Shown: positions 47,544-61,800 of the stretch, in pieces
How the letters are laid out: each line of letters starts with the position of its first letter
Position numbering within the stretch: position 1 is the stretch's first letter
From: Eledone cirrhosa
Lineage: Eukaryota
Assembly: GCA_964016885.1 (NCBI GenBank)
Contig: OZ024759.1
Coordinates: 8,742,001-8,806,000 of the forward strand
DNA: 64,000 bases
Direction of reading: 5' to 3'
Made by a program: the position numbers and the translations under genes
Notes under the pieces: generated by a model
Told to the model about the DNA's origin: nothing
The model's database searches: none
The model's input: only the letters and a program-made list of their open reading frames with translations

Positions 47544-50500
47544 TATCATCATCATCATCATCATCACCGTTTTACGTCCGTTCTTCCACGCTAGCATGGG
47601 TTAGACGGGTTGTCCTGTTGTGGGCAGTGTCTGGTCGGCTGACCATGCCTTGCTCATACAGGAACTGATCTGGCTTGATTTCTACAGCTGGATGCCCTTC
47701 CTAACACCAACCTCATTTACAGTGAGTGCTGGGTGCTTTTTCGTGGCGCCTACACGTCCACTTTACAGTGTGGGCTGGGTGCTTTTTTGCCGTGGCGCCT
47801 CCACGACCACCTTGCGGTGTGGGGGGGGGGGGGGGGCATATTGTTTATATGCTTCAGCATGTACCCATGGGAGGTCGGGTACCCTGTATTACTGCGTGAC
47901 GCCAGAAGTCACGGTCGTGTGTCATTGACTTTGAGAGGTGTAGTTGGGTAAGGTCGGCTTTTATCACCTCATCCCAAGTCATCTTGGGTCTCCCCACTCC
48001 GCGGTTTCCATCAACTTCTAGTGCTCTGCACCTTTTTATGCAGCTGTCGTCCTTCATACGCATCACATGTCCATACCAGCGTAACCGCCTCTCCTGCACG
48101 CAGCATTTGATTCCTCTTATGCTCAGTCTCTCTCTCAATTCATTTATGCTTTGTCGTTCACGTATATTACTGTTACACATCCATCGGAGCATGCAGGCTT
48201 CGTTTCTCTCTAATCTACGTAAGTCTTCCACCTTCAGCGCCCAGGTCTCACTACCATGCAACATCGCTGTTCGGATACATGCATCATACAGTCTGCCTTT
48301 CATTCTGAGGGAGAAGCCTTTTGCAGCTAGCAGTGGTAGTAGTTCCCTAAACTTCTTCCATCCCGTTCTTACCCTAGTTATTGTACTTTCTGAGCACCCA
48401 CCTCCGTTGCTAATTCGGTCACCTAGGTAGCAGAAGCTGTCTACTGTTTCTACAGGGCCCTCCCAGAGATTGGTGGTACTTGTTTCCTGTGGCTGTTTGC
48501 TTGCTGTTTCAGCACAGCTGCTGCATGTGAATCCTACATTCTTAATTAAGCTTCCTGAGATCCTGCTACATCTCTTGTGTACCCATTGTTTGCATTTGGG
48601 GCAAAGAAAGGAGTTCCTACCTACACCTTTCCTACATACTGAGCAAGGCCATTTCCCTGAGGGGATCTGGGTTCTGTTTTCTCGTCTACTTATAAGGACC
48701 TTAGTCTTTGTCATGTTGACTTTGAGGCCCTTTCTCTCTAGTCCCTGCTTCCAGGTTTGGAATTTATTCTCTAGTTCTACCATAGATTCAGCTATGAGTG
48801 CGAGGTCATCAGCATACAGGAGTTCCCATGGGCATCCGGTCTTAAACTCCTCCGTTATTGCCTGCAGGACTATGATGAACAGGAGAGGGCTAAGAACAGA
48901 GCCCTGGTGGACCCCAACCTGTACGCTAAATTCCTCGCTATACTCATTGCCAATCCTAACTTTGCTGACTGCTCCCCTATACATGGCTTGTACCGCTTTC
49001 ACAAGCCATTCATCTACTCCTAGTTTTCTAAGAGCCCACCAGATTACTGCACGTGGAACTCTGTCAAAGGCTTTCTCAAGGTCGACAAATGCCAAGTAGA
49101 GTGGCTTACTTTTAGCTAGGTACTTTTCTTGTAATTGCCTCACAAGGAAGAGCGCATCAGTGGTGCCTTTCCCTGGTACAAACCCAAATTGCATCTCGTC
49201 TATATTCACCCGGTCCCTAATCAGCTGTGCTATAACTCTTTCTGTTACTTTCATGACCTGGTCCATCAACTTTATACCTCTATAGTTTCCTCTATCTAGT
49301 GCATCGCCTTTACCTTTGTAGCAGTTGACAATGATGCTACTGCACCAATCTTTTGGTATGGCCCCCTCTAGTATTACCTGGTTAACGATACGTGTGGTTA
49401 TAGTGTGACCTACAGACCCAGATGCCTTCAGCATCTCGGCAGCTATACCCGATGGACCGGTTGCCTTCCCTATCTTCATATCTCTGATTGCCTTACTTAC
49501 TACGCTGCCGCTGACTTGTACTGCTGGTCCCTCTATAGGGTCTACGTGGGGTAGGGTCTCTTCTTCCCATGCATTCTCCTCATTTAGTAATCTATCATAA
49601 TGACTCTTCCATGCATCTTTCTTCTCAGCACTTGTGAGGGCAAGCTCACCTTTATCATTCCGGATACACTTCTCTCCAATGACATCACAACTATCTCTGA
49701 CACACTGCCTCGCAATCTTGAATACCTCCTGTTTCTGGTCCTCACGTTGTAAAACATGCTTGAATTTTCTATCCTCTGCTTCCCTCCTAGCTAAGTATAC
49801 TTGTCGCCTAGCTTCCCTCTTGGTCTCTATGTAATGTACCCTGCTCCCCCCGTTCTTCCATTCTTTCCATGCCTGTCTCTTGGCCTTGACTGCTTCATCT
49901 ACCTTATTGTTCCACCACCAAGTCACTCTCCTCCTGCTTGAGGTCTTACTCCAGCCACAAACCTCATCCGTCGCCTCTAGTAAGTTATTTTTTAGGAACT
50001 CCCAGTTCTCTTCTACGTTAAATGTCTCTATCTGTTCTTCTTTACTGTCGTAGGCGTTGAGTAAAATATCTTTAAATCTGTTACTGGTTGAGGGGACTTT
50101 CAGCTTCCAGATCTTTCTTCTCCAGGTTGGCCTCTGTTTCAGGGCTCGTCTAGTTCTGACCGTGAGGTCGCTGACAACTAAGCTATGTTGGGATGTACAT
50201 TCCTCACTAGGGAAGGCTTTTGTGTTTACGACCGTCCATCTGTCACGTCCTCTGATGAGGATAAAATCTAACTGACTAGAGTGCTCCCCTGATCTATAGG
50301 TGATCAGGTGGTTGTCGGGTTTTTTAAAGTTTGTGTTACATATCGACATGTCATTGGCGTCGCAGAATTCTAGAAGTCTGAATCCTTCCTCATTCCTTGT
50401 GCCAACTCCATGGCCTCCATGTACTCTATTGAAGCCGTCGCAGTGTTTACCTACGTGTCCGTTAAAATCTCCTGCAACGATTAGGAAGTCCTTGTCGTCT

Positions 50501-50565
50501 GTTAGAGCAGTAGTGTGTATTAGGGACTCGTAAAACCTATCCTTAAGTTCGTCTGGCAGCCCCGA
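47544..50565 (-). mobile_element. RTE-clade LINE, family B, 5' truncated within the endonuclease
   Basis: APE C-terminal motifs plus RT, poly-G in 3' UTR, (ATG)n tail; flanked by (TA)n with TTTA variants. Confidence 0.96.
47854..50565 (-). CDS. RTE endonuclease (partial) and reverse transcriptase, uninterrupted frame
   Basis: [55 protein letters not shown]; frame extends 72 codons upstream of the ORF-track start. Confidence 0.93.
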   Translation of the reverse strand, partial: SGLPDELKDRFYESLIHTTALTDDKDFLIVAGDFNGHVGKHCDGFNRVHGGHGVGTRNEEGFRLLEFCDANDMSICNTNFKKPDNHLITYRSGEHSSQLDFILIRGRDRWTVVNTKAFPSEECTSQHSLVVSDLTVRTRRALKQRPTWRRKIWKLKVPSTSNRFKDILLNAYDSKEEQIETFNVEENWEFLKNNLLEATDEVCGWSKTSSRRRVTWWWNNKVDEAVKAKRQAWKEWKNGGSRVHYIETKREARRQVYLARREAEDRKFKHVLQREDQKQEVFKIARQCVRDSCDVIGEKCIRNDKGELALTSAEKKDAWKSHYDRLLNEENAWEEETLPHVDPIEGPAVQVSGSVVSKAIRDMKIGKATGPSGIAAEMLKASGSVGHTITTRIVNQVILEGAIPKDWCSSIIVNCYKGKGDALDRGNYRGIKLMDQVMKVTERVIAQLIRDRVNIDEMQFGFVPGKGTTDALFLVRQLQEKYLAKSKPLYLAFVDLEKAFDRVPRAVIWWALRKLGVDEWLVKAVQAMYRGAVSKVRIGNEYSEEFSVQVGVHQGSVLSPLLFIIVLQAITEEFKTGCPWELLYADDLALIAESMVELENKFQTWKQGLERKGLKVNMTKTKVLISRRENRTQIPSGKWPCSVCRKGVGRNSFLCPKCKQWVHKRCSRISGSLIKNVGFTCSSCAETASKQPQETSTTNLWEGPVETVDSFCYLGDRISNGGGCSESTITRVRTGWKKFRELLPLLAAKGFSLRMKGRLYDACIRTAMLHGSETWALKVEDLRRLERNEACMLRWMCNSNIRERQSINELRERLSIRGIKCCVQERRLRWYGHVMRMKDDSCIKRCRALEVDGNRGVGRPKMTWDEVIKADLTQLHLSKSMTHDRDFWRHAVIQGTRPPMGTC

Positions 50566-50693
50566 TTTATATATATATTTATATATATATATTTATATTT
50601 ATATATATATTTATATATATATTTATATTTATATATATATTTATATATATATTTATATATATATATATTTATTTATATATATATATATTTATT

Positions 50694-50798
<105 letters not shown>

Positions 50799-50805
50799 AT
50801 TTATT

Positions 50806-50998
<193 letters not shown>

Positions 50999-51005
50999 AT
51001 ACTAA

Positions 51006-51590
51006 TCATCATCATCATCATCGTTTAAAGTCCATATTCCACGCTTGCATGGGTTTGGATGGGGGTTTTCCCACTTGAGGCAAGAGTGGTTGTCTTGCTC
51101 ACATAGGACTGTCTGGTGGGTTTTCTACAGCTGGATGCCCTTCCCAACACCAACCACGTTTACAGTATGGACTGGGAGGTTTTTACCGTGTTACCTACAC
51201 GGCCACATTACAGCGTAGACTGTGTGTTTTTTTGTCGTGACACCTACACGACCTCATTAGTTTCGGGTTGGATGTTGTGACATCAACATAACTTTACATT
51301 GAAAGGGGCGGTGTGGATGGAGTGGGGGTAGTGGGACGGGGTGTATTTTGTTAGAGGTGCCTACTGACTGTAGTAGGTCTCACTTTGTACTTAGGTAAGG
51401 CGGGTCTTCTCTATTACTGTGTAGCGCCAAAGCTCTTGGTCCAGTGACATTGTCTTGGAGAGGTGTAAGTGTGTAAGGTCGGAATTTATCAAGTCGTCCC
51501 AGGTTTTTCTGGGTCTGCCTACTCCGTGGCTACCGTCTATTTTTATTTCCCTGCACTTTTTTATACAGCTGTCGTCTTTCATGCGCATCA
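51006..51590 (-). mobile_element. RTE family A-like 3' fragment
   Basis: [31 protein letters not shown]...TRLT*, 3' UTR and (CAT)n tail. Confidence 0.9.
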
Positions 51591-51651
51591 CAGGAAATCT
51601 GTCAGCATGACTTGGCAAGCTATTTAGAACACTTGTTTAACCGCTTAAATT

Positions 51652-51688
51652 CCCTCCGAAGAAGAGATATTATCTCGAAAATTAAGGA
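51652..51688 (+). ncRNA. Hammerhead-like motif with U4C change
   Basis: cct CCGAAGA a-gagata-t-tatctc GAAA AT TA agg. Confidence 0.4.
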
Positions 51689-51804
51689 CATTTAAATAAA
51701 TCTAAGGTAAAAGACTAATTGTCAACAATATCTTTTGCATTTGCATTCTTTATTCTATGTCCATACCTGCATTGTTTTGGCTTTATTATACATATACAAA
51801 CGTT

Positions 51805-52645
51805 TTATTGATTTATAGATATTTTATTTGAGTGACCCGAATCTTCCTGGTCGTTCTTTTTCGGCTGTACGGGTGATTTTAGACATAATCTATATGTGTT
51901 GGTAAATTAACGATGGTTATAGCTCTGATTTATCCAAATTATTGAGCCCCTGCCACTCATATCGGATATCGTTTATCGTTAATTCGTGAGCTGATTTTCC
52001 GATACTCGATTATTCTACTATATTTAGCTCTTGACCTAGCTATTGACCAGTTAATTTTATTGATCATTTTTTGTCGATTCTATTGACTGATGAATAGCTC
52101 CTGTTTACATTAACATGTCTATTGAGCACTCTGATTCGATATGTGATATTTTGTATTCGTACTTGATTTACACATTACCAAAATTTTTTTCGCTAATATA
52201 GAGGTTATCTCCCTTACTGGGCACCATGTGCGTGTCTGACTAAAGGTCCCTTCTTTATTATCGGACGGAACCCGTTGATAAAGCTCTTCCGGTCCACTCC
52301 TTCTCTAGAAGTCTTATATATTTTTTATGTGGGCTGATAGTGAACGGATTAAGGAATTGCAGAAACCCAAGAAGCTAGATTTAACACCCTTCTAGCGGGT
52401 CCGGGTAAGTTTTTTACATTCATATAAATTATTGATTTATTGATATTTTATTTGAGTGACCCGAATCTTCCTGGTCGTTCTTTTTCGGCTGCATGGGTGA
52501 TTTTAGGCATAATCTATATGTGTTGGTAATTTAACGATGGTTATAGCTCTGATTTATCCAAATTATTGAGCCCTCTGCCACTCATATCGGATATTGTTTA
52601 TCGTTAATTCGTGAGCTGATTTTCCGATACTCGATTATTCTATTA
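51805..52645 (-). repeat. Diverged, inverted relative of the 615-bp satellite (624-bp period, about 1.3 units)
   Basis: AGTGACCCGAATCTTCC at 51831 and 52455; shares blocks such as TAACATGTCTATTGAGCACTCT and GAAGCTAGATTTAACACC with the reverse complement of 58884-64000. Confidence 0.85.
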
Positions 52646-52730
52646 TATATATATAATATATATATATATACTAATATATATATACTAATATATATATATA
52701 TATATATACTAATATATATATATATATATG

Positions 52731-53685
52731 ACCCTCATGTATAGATAAGAAATGTATAACCTGTAAAATAAGCCCCCATATTAACTGTAAAACTAGAAAT
52801 GTAGTATATAGCATAAGATGTACTGAAGGACAATGTAGAAACAAAAATATAGTGTACATAGGTGAGACAGCTCGTAGTATAGGGGAACGAATAAATGAAC
52901 ACTGGCGAGACCTCCAAGATAATAAAGAATCATCTGTGCTCTACCAACATGCTAAGATAGAACACGGATAAATTAGAGAGCATAGAAATAAAAATAGAAT
53001 CCACACACAAGAAAGACGCAATGTTTAGGCAAATTACAGAGGCAGTAAGCATAAAAGAATTAAAACGAAAATTAAATAGAAAATATGAGTGGAACAGCAA
53101 CATCACAACTTACAATTAAGGACAAAATGAAAACACACACACACACATAGAACAAACAACTTACAATTGAAAACACACACAAAATGAAAACACACACAAG
53201 ACAAAATGAAAACATACACACACATAGAACAAACAACCAACCAACAATAAATAAATAAATAAATAAACAAATAGAAAAATATAAATAGAAAAATAGAAAA
53301 ATGAACACAAACACACACAGACACCCGGATGTGGCGCATGCGCAAACTGAGCACGCAACCCACACACAAACAAAATGGCGTAGGATAGAAGAAAGGAAAG
53401 GCACAGAAACGAAGAAAGAAATCCCCAGTCACTGAAGAGGTCACAGAGTGTGTAACGAAAGAACTATGACTATATATATATAAACAACTATCTGGTTGTG
53501 GAACCAACCAACCAACCAGAAATTTATAAATTTGTAAATTTATAAATATATAATAAATTAAATTGAAGTGAAAGCAACTGGTGCGTGTGTTTCTTATTGG
53601 CAACATGACCCTCCCAAAGTATAACAATATCGGTTTCAACACACGATTTCAGATAAAGAATCTTGCTAAACAAATTCAGAAACGA
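52731..53685 (+). mobile_element. Penelope-like element 3' portion: GIY-YIG endonuclease pseudogene, 3' repeat region and hammerhead
   Basis: CITCKISPHINCKTRNVVYSIRC...IVYIGETARSIGERINEH...LYQHAKIEHG, then after a frameshift FRQITEAVSIKELKRKLNRKYEW; flanked by (TA)n. Confidence 0.88.
53427..53471 (+). ncRNA. Type I hammerhead ribozyme in the Penelope 3' region
   Basis: agtca CTGAAGA g-gtcaca-gagtg-tgtaac GAAAG aa CTA tgact; perfect stem I. Confidence 0.75.
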
Positions 53686-53707
53686 AATATATATATATAT
53701 ATATATA

Positions 53708-53756
<49 letters not shown>

Positions 53757-53974
53757 TAATATATATATATATACTAATATATATATATATATATACTAAT
53801 ATATATATATATACTAATATATATATATATATACTAATATATATATATATATACTAATATATATATATACTAATATATATATATATATATATAATATATA
53901 TATATATATACTAATATATATATATATATATACTAATATATATATATATATTAGTATATATATATATATATATG

Positions 53975-54373
53975 GTCCCACAACATCCAGGCCGAAACAA
54001 ATGAGATCGTGTAGGTGTCACGACAAAAAACACACAGTCCACGCTGTAAATGTGGCCGTGTAGGCAACACGGTAAAAACCTCCCAGCCCCACACTGTAAA
54101 TGTGGTTGGTGTTAGGAAGGGCATCCAGCTGTAGAAAACCCGCCAGACAGTCCACGCTGTAATGTGGCCGTGTAGGCAACACGGTAAAAACCTCCCAGCC
54201 CCACACTGTAAATGTGGTTGGTGTTAGGAAGGGCATCCAACTGTAGAAAACCCGCCAGACAGTCCTATGCGAGCAAGACAACCACTCTTGCCTCAAGTGG
54301 GAAAACCCCCGTCCAAACCCATGCAAGCGTGGAACACGGACGCTAAACCTGATGATGATGATGATGATGATGA
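53975..54373 (+). mobile_element. RTE family A 3' UTR fragment with internal duplication
   Basis: GGTTGGTGTTAGGAAGGGCATCCARCTGTAGAAAA occurs twice; (GAT)n tail. Confidence 0.85.
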
Positions 54374-54389
54374 TATATATATATATATA

Positions 54390-54444
<55 letters not shown>

Positions 54445-54547
54445 TAATATATATATATATATATATATATACTAATATATATATATATATACTAATATAT
54501 ATATATATACTAATATATATATATATATACTAATATATATATATATA

Positions 54548-54590
<43 letters not shown>

Positions 54591-55464
54591 TAATATATAT
54601 ATATATACTAATATATATATATATATATATACTAATATATATATATATACTAATATATATATATATATATATATACTAATATATATATATATATACTAAT
54701 ATATATATATATATATATACTAATATATATACTAATATATATATATATATATATACTAATATATATACTAATATATATATATATATATATATATACTAAT
54801 ATATATATATATATATACTAATATATATATATATATACTAATATATATATATATATATATATACTAATATATATATATATATATATATACTAATATATAT
54901 ATATATATACTAATATATATACTAATATATATATATATATATATATATATACTAATATATATATATATATATATATACTAATATATATATATATATATAT
55001 ATATATACTAATATATATATATATATATATATACTAATATATATATATATATATATACTAATATATATATATATATATATATACTAATATATATATATAT
55101 ATATATACTAATATATATATATATATATATATATACTAATATATATATATATATATATATATACTAATATATATATATATATATATATATACTAATATAT
55201 ATATATATATATATATATACTAATATATATATATATATATATATATACTAATATATATATATATATATATATATACTAATATATATATATATATATATAT
55301 ATATACTAATATATATATATATATATATATATATACTAATATATATATATATATATATATATACTAATATATATATATATATATATATATACTAATATAT
55401 ATATATATATATATATATACTAATATATATATATATATATACTAATATATATATATATATATAT
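54374..55464. repeat. (TA)n microsatellite with CTAA interruptions
   Basis: Repeating ATACTAATAT; same variant at 53690-53970 and 58020-58120. Confidence 0.97.
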
Positions 55465-58019
55465 GATCTGGAAGCTGAAAGTCCCCTCAACCAGTAACAG
55501 ATTTAAAGATATTTTACTCAACGCCTACGACAGTAAAGAAGAACAGATAGAGACATTTAACGTAGAAGAGAACTGGGAGTTCCTAAAAAATAACTTACTA
55601 GAGGCGACGGATGAGGTTTGTGGCTGGAGTAAGACCTCAAGCAGGAGGAGAGTGACTTGGTGGTGGAACAATAAGGTAGATGAAGCAGTCAAGGCCAAGA
55701 GACAGGCATGGAAAGAATGGAAGAACGGGGGGAGCAGGGTACATTACATAGAGACCAAGAGGGAAGCTAGGCGACAAGTATACTTAGCTAGGAGGGAAGC
55801 AGAGGATAGAAAATTCAAGCATGTTTTACAACGTGAGGACCAGAAACAGGAGGTATTCAAGATTGCGAGGCAGTGTGTCAGAGATAGTTGTGATGTCATT
55901 GGAGAGAAGTGTATCCGGAATGATAAAGGTGAGCTTGCCCTCACAAGTGCTGAGAAGAAAGATGCATGGAAGAGTCATTATGATAGATTACTAAATGAGG
56001 AGAATGCATGGGAAGAAGAGACCCTACCCCACGTAGACCCTATAGAGGGACCAGCAGTACAAGTCAGCGGCAGCGTAGTAAGTAAGGCAATCAGAGATAT
56101 GAAGATAGGGAAGGCAACCGGTCCATCGGGTATAGCTGCCGAGATGCTAAAGGCATCTGGGTCTGTAGGTCACACTATAACCACACGTATCGTTAACCAG
56201 GTAATACTAGAGGGGGCCATACCAAAAGATTGCTGCAGTAGCATCATTGTCAACTGCTACAAAGGTAAAGGCGATGCACTAGATAGAGGAAACTATAGAG
56301 GTATAAAGTTGATGGACCAGGTCATGAAAGTAACAGAAAGAGTTATAGCACAGCTGATTAGGGACCGGGTGAATATAGACGAGATGCAATTTGGGTTTGT
56401 ACCAGGGAAAGGCACCACTGATGCGCTTTTCCTTGTGAGGCAATTACAGGAAAAGTACCTAGCTAAAAGTAAGCCACTCTACTTGGCATTTGTCGACCTT
56501 GAGAAAGCCTTTGACAGAGTTCCACGTGCAGTAATCTGGTGGGCTCTTAGAAAACTAGGAGTAGATGAATGGCTTGTGAAAGCGGTACAAGCCATGTATA
56601 GGGGAGCAGTCAGCAAAGTTAGGATTGGCAATGAGTATAGCGAGGAATTTAGCGTACAGGTTGGGGTCCACCAGGGCTCTGTTCTTAGCCCTCTCCTGTT
56701 CATCATAGTCCTGCAGGCAATAACGGAGGAGTTTAAGACCGGATGCCCATGGGAACTCCTGTATGCTGATGACCTCGCACTCATAGCTGAATCTATGGTA
56801 GAACTAGAGAATAAATTCCAAACCTGGAAGCAGGGACTAGAGAGAAAGGGCCTCAAAGTCAACATGACAAAGACTAAGGTCCTTATAAGTAGACGAGAAA
56901 ACAGAACCCAGATCCCCTCAGGGAAATGGCCTTGCTCAGTATGTAGGAAAGGTGTAGGTAGGAACTCCATTCTTTGCCCCAAATGCAAACAATGGGTACA
57001 CAAGAGATGTAGCGGGATCTCAGGAAGCTTAATTAAGAATGTAGGATTCCCATGCAGCAGCTGTGCTGAAACAGCAAGCAAACAGCCACAGGAAACAAGT
57101 ACCACCAATCTCTGGGAGGGCCCTGTAGAAACAGTAGACAGCTTCTGCTACGTAGGTGACCGAATTAGCAACGGAGGTGGGTGCTCAGAAAGTACAATAA
57201 CTAGGGTAAGAACGGGATGGAAGAAGTTTAGGGAACTACTACCACTGCTAGCTGCAAAAGGCTTCTCCCTCAGAATGAAAGGCAGACTGTATGATGCGTG
57301 TATCCGAACAGCGATGTTGCATGGTAATGAGACCTGGGCGCTGAAGGTGGAAGACTTACGTAGATTAGAGAGAAACGAAGCCTGCATGCTCCGATGGATG
57401 TGTAACAGTAATATACGTGAACGACAAAGCATAAATGAATTGAGAGAGAGACTGAGCATAAGAGGAATCAAATGCTGCGTGCAGGAGAGGCGGTTACGCT
57501 GGTATGGACATGTGATGCGTATGAAGGATGACAGCTGCATAAAAAGGTGCAGAGCACTAGAAGTTGATGGAAACCGCGGAGTGGGGAGACCCAAGATGAC
57601 TTGGGATGAGGTGATAAAAGCCGACCTTACCCAACTACACCTCTCAAAGTCAATGACACACGACCGTGACTTCTGGCGTCACGCAGTAATACAGGGTACC
57701 CGACCTCCCATGGGTACATGCTGAAGCATATAAACAATATGCCCCCCCCCCCCCACCGCAAGGTGGTCGTGGAGGTGCCACGGCAAAAAAGCACCCAGCC
57801 CACACTGTAAAGTGGACGTGTAGGCGCCACGAAAAAGCACCCAGCACTCACTGTAAATGAGGTTGGTGTTAGGAAGGGCATCCAGCTGTAGAAATCAAGC
57901 CAGATCAGTTCCTGTATGAGCAAGGCATGGTCAGCCGACCAGACACTGCCCACAACAGGACAACCCGTCTAACCCATGCTAGCGTGGAAGAACGGACGTA
58001 AAACGGTGATGATGATGAT
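55465..58019 (+). mobile_element. RTE family B, 5' truncated, near-identical to 47544-50113
   Basis: Same ORF, 3' UTR and (GAT)n tail in the opposite orientation. Confidence 0.96.
55466..57724 (+). CDS. RTE reverse transcriptase (partial, uninterrupted frame)
   Basis: YADD motif intact; six amino-acid differences from the minus-strand copy seen by eye; the ATG at 55463 is a junction artefact. Confidence 0.92.
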   Translation: MWKLKVPSTSNRFKDILLNAYDSKEEQIETFNVEENWEFLKNNLLEATDEVCGWSKTSSRRRVTWWWNNKVDEAVKAKRQAWKEWKNGGSRVHYIETKREARRQVYLARREAEDRKFKHVLQREDQKQEVFKIARQCVRDSCDVIGEKCIRNDKGELALTSAEKKDAWKSHYDRLLNEENAWEEETLPHVDPIEGPAVQVSGSVVSKAIRDMKIGKATGPSGIAAEMLKASGSVGHTITTRIVNQVILEGAIPKDCCSSIIVNCYKGKGDALDRGNYRGIKLMDQVMKVTERVIAQLIRDRVNIDEMQFGFVPGKGTTDALFLVRQLQEKYLAKSKPLYLAFVDLEKAFDRVPRAVIWWALRKLGVDEWLVKAVQAMYRGAVSKVRIGNEYSEEFSVQVGVHQGSVLSPLLFIIVLQAITEEFKTGCPWELLYADDLALIAESMVELENKFQTWKQGLERKGLKVNMTKTKVLISRRENRTQIPSGKWPCSVCRKGVGRNSILCPKCKQWVHKRCSGISGSLIKNVGFPCSSCAETASKQPQETSTTNLWEGPVETVDSFCYVGDRISNGGGCSESTITRVRTGWKKFRELLPLLAAKGFSLRMKGRLYDACIRTAMLHGNETWALKVEDLRRLERNEACMLRWMCNSNIRERQSINELRERLSIRGIKCCVQERRLRWYGHVMRMKDDSCIKRCRALEVDGNRGVGRPKMTWDEVIKADLTQLHLSKSMTHDRDFWRHAVIQGTRPPMGTC

Positions 58020-58048
58020 ATACTAATATATATATATATATATATATA

Positions 58049-58080
<32 letters not shown>

Positions 58081-58124
58081 CTAATATATATATACTAATA
58101 TATATATATATATATATATACAAA

Positions 58125-58310
58125 TAACGAAGGAGGTGTGGTAAGGAACCAGATGGACCATAACGCACCAGAGTACTCAATACTTAAGGTAGTTGAGTGG
58201 GTAATAAGAAAATGTTTAACCCCGACGGCAGAGCCAAGCCGTTTCTGGTCCAGAAATAACCGTCGAAACGGCTTGAGCTCTGGCGTCAGGATTAAACATT
58301 TTCCTATAAA
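58125..58310. repeat. Fold-back fragment related to 15470-15610
   Basis: GAAAATGTTTAACCCCGACGGCAGAGCCAAGCCGTTTC pairs with GAAACGGCTTGAGCTCTGGCGTCAGGATTAAACATTTTC. Confidence 0.7.
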
Positions 58311-58313
58311 TAC

Positions 58314-58358
<45 letters not shown>

Positions 58359-58524
58359 GATAAATCTACCAAGAGTTTACGGTAGTGTCCAATCTGTATG
58401 AAGAACTCAATGTAATATGCATGCCAATTCTAACACATATATATCCTAGAAACGATCGTTAAATGATGAACTTTTTTTGTTTAATATAAGGAACTGTTTC
58501 ATTGTTTTATTCATTATTTTTTAA

Positions 58525-58561
<37 letters not shown>

Positions 58562-58570
58562 TAATATATA

Positions 58571-58716
58571 TCATCATCATCATCAGCGTTTAACGTCTAT
58601 CTTCCACGCTAGCATGGGTTTAGACGGGAATTATCCCACTTGAGGCAAGATTGGTCAAGTGACTGTTTCTCGCTCATATAGGACTATCTGGCAGGTTTCC
58701 TATGGCTGGATGCCCC
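58571..58716 (-). mobile_element. RTE 3' end fragment
   Basis: (CAT)n then CGTTTAACGTCTATCTTCCACGCTAGCATGGG...GCTGGATGCCC. Confidence 0.8.
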
Positions 58717-58883
58717 CAGGTAGTCCAGATTGGGGTGCATAAGCGGATATTAGTCACAGTAGTTCTATTTAGGACTAGTCTTATTTTAATTATTCTGTCA
58801 TTCACTCTATTTACGTCAATTACCTTATCTACCCATTTTTCTGATAACATAATTCCTACTCCACCCAGTCTATATATATATAT

Positions 58884-61800
58884 ATATATTAGAAAGATCG
58901 AGTATCGAAAAATCGGCGCACGAGTTAACGAAAAACGAAATTCGATATGAGCGGCAGAGGGCTCAATAATTCAGATGAATCAGAGCTATAACTATCGTTA
59001 AAATACCGTCACATATAGAACAAGTCTACAATCAACCATACGATTTAAAATCGATAAAGGAAGATTCGGGCCAAACAGATAAAAAATATCAATAAAACAA
59101 TACGTCAATAATTTAAATGAATGTAAAATCATACCCGGACCCACTAGAAAGGTGTTAAATCTAGCTTCATGGGTTTCTGTAAATCCTTAGACAATACTCT
59201 ATCAGCTCACATATAAATATAAAAGCCTACTAGAATAAGTGGAACGGAGTTTACGTTGTCAACGAGTTTTATCCTGGCGGCAAAGGAGTCAACTAGCGGT
59301 GAAAAACGCACATGGCATTAGACAAGGGAGATGACCCCTATATCCGCGAAAATAATTCGAGTGAATGTGGAAATACACATATCGAATTAGAGTGCTCAAT
59401 AGACATGTTAAAATAAAACAAAAGCTATTCATCACTCAATAGAATCGACAAAATATGAGCAATAAAATTAACTGGTGGATAGCTATGTCCAGAGCTAAAT
59501 ATATTAGAAAGATCGAGTATCGAAAAATCGGCGCACGAGTTAACGAAAAACGAAATTCGATATGAGCGGCAGAGGGCTCAATAATTCAGATGAATCAGAG
59601 CTATAACTATCGTTAAAATACCGTCACATATAGAACAAGTCTACAATCAACCATACGATTTAAAATCGATAAAGGAAGATTCGGGCCAAACAGATAAAAA
59701 ATATCAATAAAACAATACGTCAATAATTTAAATGAATGTAAAATCATACCCGGACCCACTAGAAAGGTGTTAAATCTAGCTTCATGGGTTTCTGTAAATC
59801 CTTAGACAATACTCTATCAGCTCACATATAAATATAAAAGCCTACTAGAATAAGTGGAACGGAGTTTACGTTGTCAACGAGTTTTATCCTGGCGGCAAAG
59901 GAGTCAACTAGCGGTGAAAAACGCACATGGCATTAGACAAGGGAGATGACCCCTATATCCGCGAAAATAATTCGAGTGAATGTGGAAATACACATATCGA
60001 ATTAGAGTGCTCAATAGACATGTTAAAATAAAACAAAAGCTATTCATCACTCAATAGAATCGACAAAATATGAGCAATAAAATTAACTGGTGGATAGCTA
60101 TGTCCAGAGCTAAATATATTAGAAAGATCGAGTATCGAAAAATCGGCGCACGAGTTAACGAAAAACGAAATTCGATATGAGCGGCAGAGGGCTCAATAAT
60201 TCAGATGAATCAGAGCTATAACTATCGTTAAAATACCGTCACATATAGAACAAGTCTACAATCAACCATACGATTTAAAATCGATAAAGGAAGATTCGGG
60301 CCAAACAGATAAAAAATATCAATAAAACAATACGTCAATAATTTAAATGAATGTAAAATCATACCCGGACCCACTAGAAAGGTGTTAAATCTAGCTTCAT
60401 GGGTTTCTGTAAATCCTTAGACAATACTCTATCAGCTCACATATAAATATAAAAGCCTACTAGAATAAGTGGAACGGAGTTTACGTTGTCAACGAGTTTT
60501 ATCCTGGCGGCAAAGGAGTCAACTAGCGGTGAAAAACGCACATGGCATTAGACAAGGGAGATGACCCCTATATCCGCGAAAATAATTCGAGTGAATGTGG
60601 AAATACACATATCGAATTAGAGTGCTCAATAGACATGTTAAAATAAAACAAAAGCTATTCATCACTCAATAGAATCGACAAAATATGAGCAATAAAATTA
60701 ACTGGTGGATAGCTATGTCCAGAGCTAAATATATTAGAAAGATCGAGTATCGAAAAATCGGCGCACGAGTTAACGAAAAACGAAATTCGATATGAGCGGC
60801 AGAGGGCTCAATAATTCAGATGAATCAGAGCTATAACTATCGTTAAAATACCGTCACATATAGAACAAGTCTACAATCAACCATACGATTTAAAATCGAT
60901 AAAGGAAGATTCGGGCCAAACAGATAAAAAATATCAATAAAACAATACGTCAATAATTTAAATGAATGTAAAATCATACCCGGACCCACTAGAAAGGTGT
61001 TAAATCTAGCTTCATGGGTTTCTGTAAATCCTTAGACAATACTCTATCAGCTCACATATAAATATAAAAGCCTACTAGAATAAGTGGAACGGAGTTTACG
61101 TTGTCAACGAGTTTTATCCTGGCGGCAAAGGAGTCAACTAGCGGTGAAAAACGCACATGGCATTAGACAAGGGAGATGACCCCTATATCCGCGAAAATAA
61201 TTCGAGTGAATGTGGAAATACACATATCGAATTAGAGTGCTCAATAGACATGTTAAAATAAAACAAAAGCTATTCATCACTCAATAGAATCGACAAAATA
61301 TGAGCAATAAAATTAACTGGTGGATAGCTATGTCCAGAGCTAAATATATTAGAAAGATCGAGTATCGAAAAATCGGCGCACGAGTTAACGAAAAACGAAA
61401 TTCGATATGAGCGGCAGAGGGCTCAATAATTCAGATGAATCAGAGCTATAACTATCGTTAAAATACCGTCACATATAGAACAAGTCTACAATCAACCATA
61501 CGATTTAAAATCGATAAAGGAAGATTCGGGCCAAACAGATAAAAAATATCAATAAAACAATACGTCAATAATTTAAATGAATGTAAAATCATACCCGGAC
61601 CCACTAGAAAGGTGTTAAATCTAGCTTCATGGGTTTCTGTAAATCCTTAGACAATACTCTATCAGCTCACATATAAATATAAAAGCCTACTAGAATAAGT
61701 GGAACGGAGTTTACGTTGTCAACGAGTTTTATCCTGGCGGCAAAGGAGTCAACTAGCGGTGAAAAACGCACATGGCATTAGACAAGGGAGATGACCCCTA

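Noticed and set aside
52080-52140. CTGATGA in the diverged satellite monomer as a hammerhead or C/D snoRNA
   Set aside because: No GAAA after the putative stem II; the young array has GTGATGA and lacks the downstream CTGA, so neither motif is conserved
58395-58465. ATGAAGA...GAAACGATCGTT as a hammerhead
   Set aside because: Core C3 missing and stems I and II do not pair convincingly; at most a decayed relic
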